19,635 bases of DNA, from positions 1-19,635 of the forward strand of contig JAOPTX010000001.1 in assembly GCA_051532055.1 (NCBI GenBank), given 5' to 3'. The DNA is from Fibrobacterales bacterium (GTDB lineage: Bacteria > Fibrobacterota > Fibrobacteria > Fibrobacterales > JAOPTW01). Under the pieces are notes generated by a model, which saw nothing but the letters and a program-made list of their open reading frames with translations, had not been told where the DNA came from and ran no database searches. Position 1 is the stretch's first letter. Each line of letters begins with the position of its first letter. Shown piece after piece: positions 15,916 through 19,635 of this stretch. The translations under genes and the position numbers were made by a program.

Positions 15916-18900
15916 ATGAATAAAACAGTAACCCTTATCTTTTTAATGATTCTTATAGCATTTTCTCAATCGCATTCTGCGTCAGTATGTGAAAAAAATA
16001 AGACTCAAGCTAAAGAGATTTTCCGTCAGTGTAAGTCCATGAAAAAAGGTACTTCAAAGTACAATACCTGTAAAAATAAGTATAATAAGCTCAGAAGTAA
16101 GATAAAGCTTGGATGCACTGAGGGTGGTCAAGATCTTAACTCTGTTATTAAAAAATGGGCGGGTTACGTAAAGAAATGTAAGGCTAAAAAGAATTCTAAG
16201 TGTGCAAATGCATTAAAAGAACTTGCAAAATACACTTACAGAAAGGAAGAAGCTGATTTCTTAGGGAAAAATTCAAAATATGAACAAGCTATGGAACGCT
16301 GGGAAAATAGAGACGGTCGTGGTAAGGAACCAAAACAGCCGAAAACAAATCATAAAAAGTCTCTTGGCCTCTTTTTAAAGTTTATAAAGCAGTATCCAAA
16401 ACATCGTCATATTCCGAATGTATTGATGCAAGCATCATTGATATACATGACTATTGGAAAAGAGACAAGAGCTTATAAATTATGGAGTAAACTTGTAGGG
16501 GACTATCCGAGCCACACTCTGGCGCCACAAGCTTGGCTGCGAATTGGTGAATATTGGTTTAATCAAAGAAAGCATCGTAAAGCAATTACTGCTTATCTCA
16601 AGGTTACTGGTCTAGGTAAACTAAATGGCAAAGAGGCAGCTTTCGCACTCTATCACTTAGCTGAGTCTTATAATAATATTGGTGAGTATGAGCAATCTGC
16701 TGCAACGTTCTTCAAATATATTACAGGGGCAGATAAAGGAAAATATCCTGATGACTTAAGAGCAGAATCGTTGGTATTTATGGCTGGTGCATTTGCTGAC
16801 CTTGATGATGGTATTTATACTGCTGAGAAATTTATGAAAGACAAAGGTGTGACGTTTAAAGATACGTTGTACTATGAAATTGGTATGAAAAACAGAGCAA
16901 GAGATCGCCTAGATGAAGCACTTAAGTCCTTTAAACGTCTTCTTGAGCTTTCACCGAATTATGTTGATGCGCCAAAAGCACATATTGCTATGGTCTCAAT
17001 CTATGAAGATAAAAAACGGTATGATGAGGCACAACAATCTCGTTTTACGTTAATTAAGAATTTTGATAAAGGTTCACAGTGGTATACTGCCAACCGATCC
17101 AATACAGAAGTAGTGAAAATTGCAGATAATGCTATTCAACAAGCATATTTTGATATGCCAGCTCATCACCACAGGGCAGGAGAGCGTGCTAAAAAACGTG
17201 GGGAACCAGCAGTAGCGCGAGGAGAATATAATAAGGCAATTGGTTATTATGTTAAATATTTGAAAAAATATTCGAAGCCTCATTGGAATCATCTCTTAGT
17301 CCATACGTATCTATCTGCTTTGTTTATGGAACTTAAGGATAATGATAAAGCAGCAGCTGAATTTAACTGGATTGCAGAAGTTAATGAAAAATCATTTGGT
17401 AGAAAGCCGAAAGATTTTCCGAAAAATCTTCTTACAAAATCTCAAGCAGCATATAATGCGGTTGTATCCTTAGATGAAAATAGAAAACAGGCACTTGAAA
17501 AACTCGCTGGAAATAAGAAACGTGCATATACAGCATCGTCCACCAAAAAATATCTTGATCAAGTTAAAAAGTTCATGAGAAAATACAGTAAGAGTAAAGA
17601 AGCACCTGATATCGCTTATAATGTTGCATTAGTTCATTACGAAGCTGAAAATTACATTACATCAGTTTCTGTGCTAGAACAGTTAAAAAAGGACTTTCCT
17701 AGGCATAAACATACTCTTCTTATTAAGGGTAACCTTGCGAAATCCTATACGCAAGCAGGCAAACTTTCTAAGGCTAAAAAGGAATATGAATCACTCTTAA
17801 AAGTATACCGGAAAAAAAGAAATACTAAGATGGTTAATGATATTAACCGTTCTATTGCAGCAGTTATGTTCCAAGATGCTGAGAAAAAATCTGCAGCTGG
17901 AAGTTACAAAAAAGCAGCGAAACTCTATCTTGCAATGCAAAAAAGGTTTCCAACCTTTGAGCACTCTGATAAAGCGATCTTTGAAGCAGGTGCAGCATAT
18001 GAAAATGCTAAAGACTATAAAAATGCCGCTAAGACATTCCTTAAAATGCCAAAGTTCTATGCGAAGTCTGAGTTAGTTGTTAAATCTATTCTTCGTTCTG
18101 CGGGTGCTTATAAAAAAGCTAAAGATTTTAAAACAGCGGCAAATATTTTCTTGATTGTACCACGTAATTTTAAAGATGATAAAATGGCCTTTAAGTCAAT
18201 TGGTTTTGCTGCCAATATGTACGAGTTAGCCAAATCAAATAAAAAAGCGGCTGAAACCTATGAGATAGCTGTTGAGATGTATCCGAAGCATCCTGAAACT
18301 CCGGGTTACTTGTATAATGCATGTCGTACCTATGAAGATGAAAAGCTAACTGCTGAGGCGATTAGATGTAACGGTGATATAGTGAGTAAGTATAAAGAGA
18401 GTCAATATGCCCTCGATGCAGCATTCTCAATACCAATTGCCTATGAAAAAGCTAAAAAATGGAAAATGGCTGCTGAGGCATTTATCTATTATGCTAATAA
18501 TTTTAAACAAGATAAACCAAAGCTTATTGCATCATATGATCGTGCTGCCAAAGCTTATATGAAGCTTAAAGATGAAAAAAGTGCTGCAGTTCAATATTCT
18601 AAAGTACTTAAATCGTACGAAAAATTTGGCCTAAAGGTTAAAGCGGATCCATCTGTTCCCGCTGAAGCGTCATTTATGCTTGGCTCATTTACTAAAGCGA
18701 CTATGGATCCTATAGTTGTTAAAGGGAGTAAGAAGCAGAAAGGTAAACAGATCAAAAAGCTGACCAATATTTTGGGTACTGCTATGAGCCATTTTGCTAA
18801 TTCTGCTTCTTTTAGTTCTGAAAAATGGACTTTTAAAGCGACTAATGAGATGGGTAACTTATTTGTCAAGTTATCACAAAAAATTAGAGAGCAAGAGATA

Positions 18901-19602
18901 AAATCAAAGAAGCGCGGGACATCAAAACTTGAAGATGAATTTATTATGCGACTTGAAGTGGTTCAGAGTCTACCTTCATTTTATGAAGAAGCTCGGAAAC
19001 TTTTTGAGAAAAATATCCAAATTGCTCGAGAACAAGGTTTCTATAATCGAGAAGTTATACAAGCCGAAGAAGGATATATGCAGATGTGGTATCAGACAGG
19101 GAGTAACTTTGACCTTGTTGCATCGGCATTTAGAAAAGCTCCGGTTCCTGGTTTTAAAGACTTACCACGTGAAGAAGCTAAATTTGCTCGTGAAGATTAT
19201 ATAGCGGCACTTGAAGAAAAAGCTCAAACTGCTGAAGATGGCGGGGTACCTCACTATGCAAATGGTTTAAAAGCATCAGCTCATTATCAGGTTAATAACC
19301 AATGGACTTCTAAGATTAAAAACCGAGTACAAGAGATAAATCCTGACCACGAAACATTAGCTCTTACAATTGAAAAATTCGACCCGTCGACCTTGTTTAA
19401 AGATCCTGAGTACTTTAAACAAAAAGCACGTATTGAACAGCTTCAGAAAACAAGTGTTCAGATTGTCTCTGTAGGAGAGAAAAAACAGATTTTTCAAGAT
19501 ATAATTGAAAAAGCTATGGCTTCTCAAATTGACCTTAAGAAACAAGTAGCTGAGTTGAAAGCTAAACTTGCTCCACAGCCTACGGCAGTACCTAGCCAAT
19601 AG
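15916..19602 (+). CDS. Large exported TPR scaffold protein, GltD/AgmU-like
   Basis: Signal peptide (SHS/A); many TPR units ending YP/FP (FIKQYP, LVGDYP...AWLRIGEYWF, LKKDFP, MQKRFP, AVEMYP); C-terminal APVP...YIAALEEKAQTAEDGGVPHYANGLKAS...NNQWTSKIKNRVQEINP resembles the GltD tail as I recall it. Confidence 0.78.
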   Translation: MNKTVTLIFLMILIAFSQSHSASVCEKNKTQAKEIFRQCKSMKKGTSKYNTCKNKYNKLRSKIKLGCTEGGQDLNSVIKKWAGYVKKCKAKKNSKCANALKELAKYTYRKEEADFLGKNSKYEQAMERWENRDGRGKEPKQPKTNHKKSLGLFLKFIKQYPKHRHIPNVLMQASLIYMTIGKETRAYKLWSKLVGDYPSHTLAPQAWLRIGEYWFNQRKHRKAITAYLKVTGLGKLNGKEAAFALYHLAESYNNIGEYEQSAATFFKYITGADKGKYPDDLRAESLVFMAGAFADLDDGIYTAEKFMKDKGVTFKDTLYYEIGMKNRARDRLDEALKSFKRLLELSPNYVDAPKAHIAMVSIYEDKKRYDEAQQSRFTLIKNFDKGSQWYTANRSNTEVVKIADNAIQQAYFDMPAHHHRAGERAKKRGEPAVARGEYNKAIGYYVKYLKKYSKPHWNHLLVHTYLSALFMELKDNDKAAAEFNWIAEVNEKSFGRKPKDFPKNLLTKSQAAYNAVVSLDENRKQALEKLAGNKKRAYTASSTKKYLDQVKKFMRKYSKSKEAPDIAYNVALVHYEAENYITSVSVLEQLKKDFPRHKHTLLIKGNLAKSYTQAGKLSKAKKEYESLLKVYRKKRNTKMVNDINRSIAAVMFQDAEKKSAAGSYKKAAKLYLAMQKRFPTFEHSDKAIFEAGAAYENAKDYKNAAKTFLKMPKFYAKSELVVKSILRSAGAYKKAKDFKTAANIFLIVPRNFKDDKMAFKSIGFAANMYELAKSNKKAAETYEIAVEMYPKHPETPGYLYNACRTYEDEKLTAEAIRCNGDIVSKYKESQYALDAAFSIPIAYEKAKKWKMAAEAFIYYANNFKQDKPKLIASYDRAAKAYMKLKDEKSAAVQYSKVLKSYEKFGLKVKADPSVPAEASFMLGSFTKATMDPIVVKGSKKQKGKQIKKLTNILGTAMSHFANSASFSSEKWTFKATNEMGNLFVKLSQKIREQEIKSKKRGTSKLEDEFIMRLEVVQSLPSFYEEARKLFEKNIQIAREQGFYNREVIQAEEGYMQMWYQTGSNFDLVASAFRKAPVPGFKDLPREEAKFAREDYIAALEEKAQTAEDGGVPHYANGLKASAHYQVNNQWTSKIKNRVQEINPDHETLALTIEKFDPSTLFKDPEYFKQKARIEQLQKTSVQIVSVGEKKQIFQDIIEKAMASQIDLKKQVAELKAKLAPQPTAVPSQ

Positions 19603-19635
19603 AGTCCTTATACGATATAACAAAAGAGCGGGTAT

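Overview
AT-rich bacterial chromosomal window, probably Fibrobacterota or a related FCB-group organism (inferred from gene content only). Left part: the last codons of pgk, an opposite-strand nfnAB-like (sudBA/gltA-like) transhydrogenase pair, then tpiA-secG-tRNA-Leu(GAG) and a terminator. Middle: an exported CsgG/TolB-N-like protein, a psd operon with two hypothetical genes, a 55-aa Hc1/histone-H1-like gene missed by the ORF track, and a minus-strand oppABC peptide ABC transporter with no ATPase genes. Right part (12138-19602) is the most interesting: a tightly packed envelope operon encoding (i) a beta-helix + TSP3-repeat + OmpA-C protein, (ii) a predicted outer-membrane beta-barrel fused to a GltC-like TPR region, and (iii) a 1228-aa GltD/AgmU-like TPR scaffold. 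It looks like a variant Agl-Glt-type trans-envelope machine and appears to continue beyond the window. No mobile element or CRISPR array was seen. All family assignments come from recognising motifs by eye, not from database searches.
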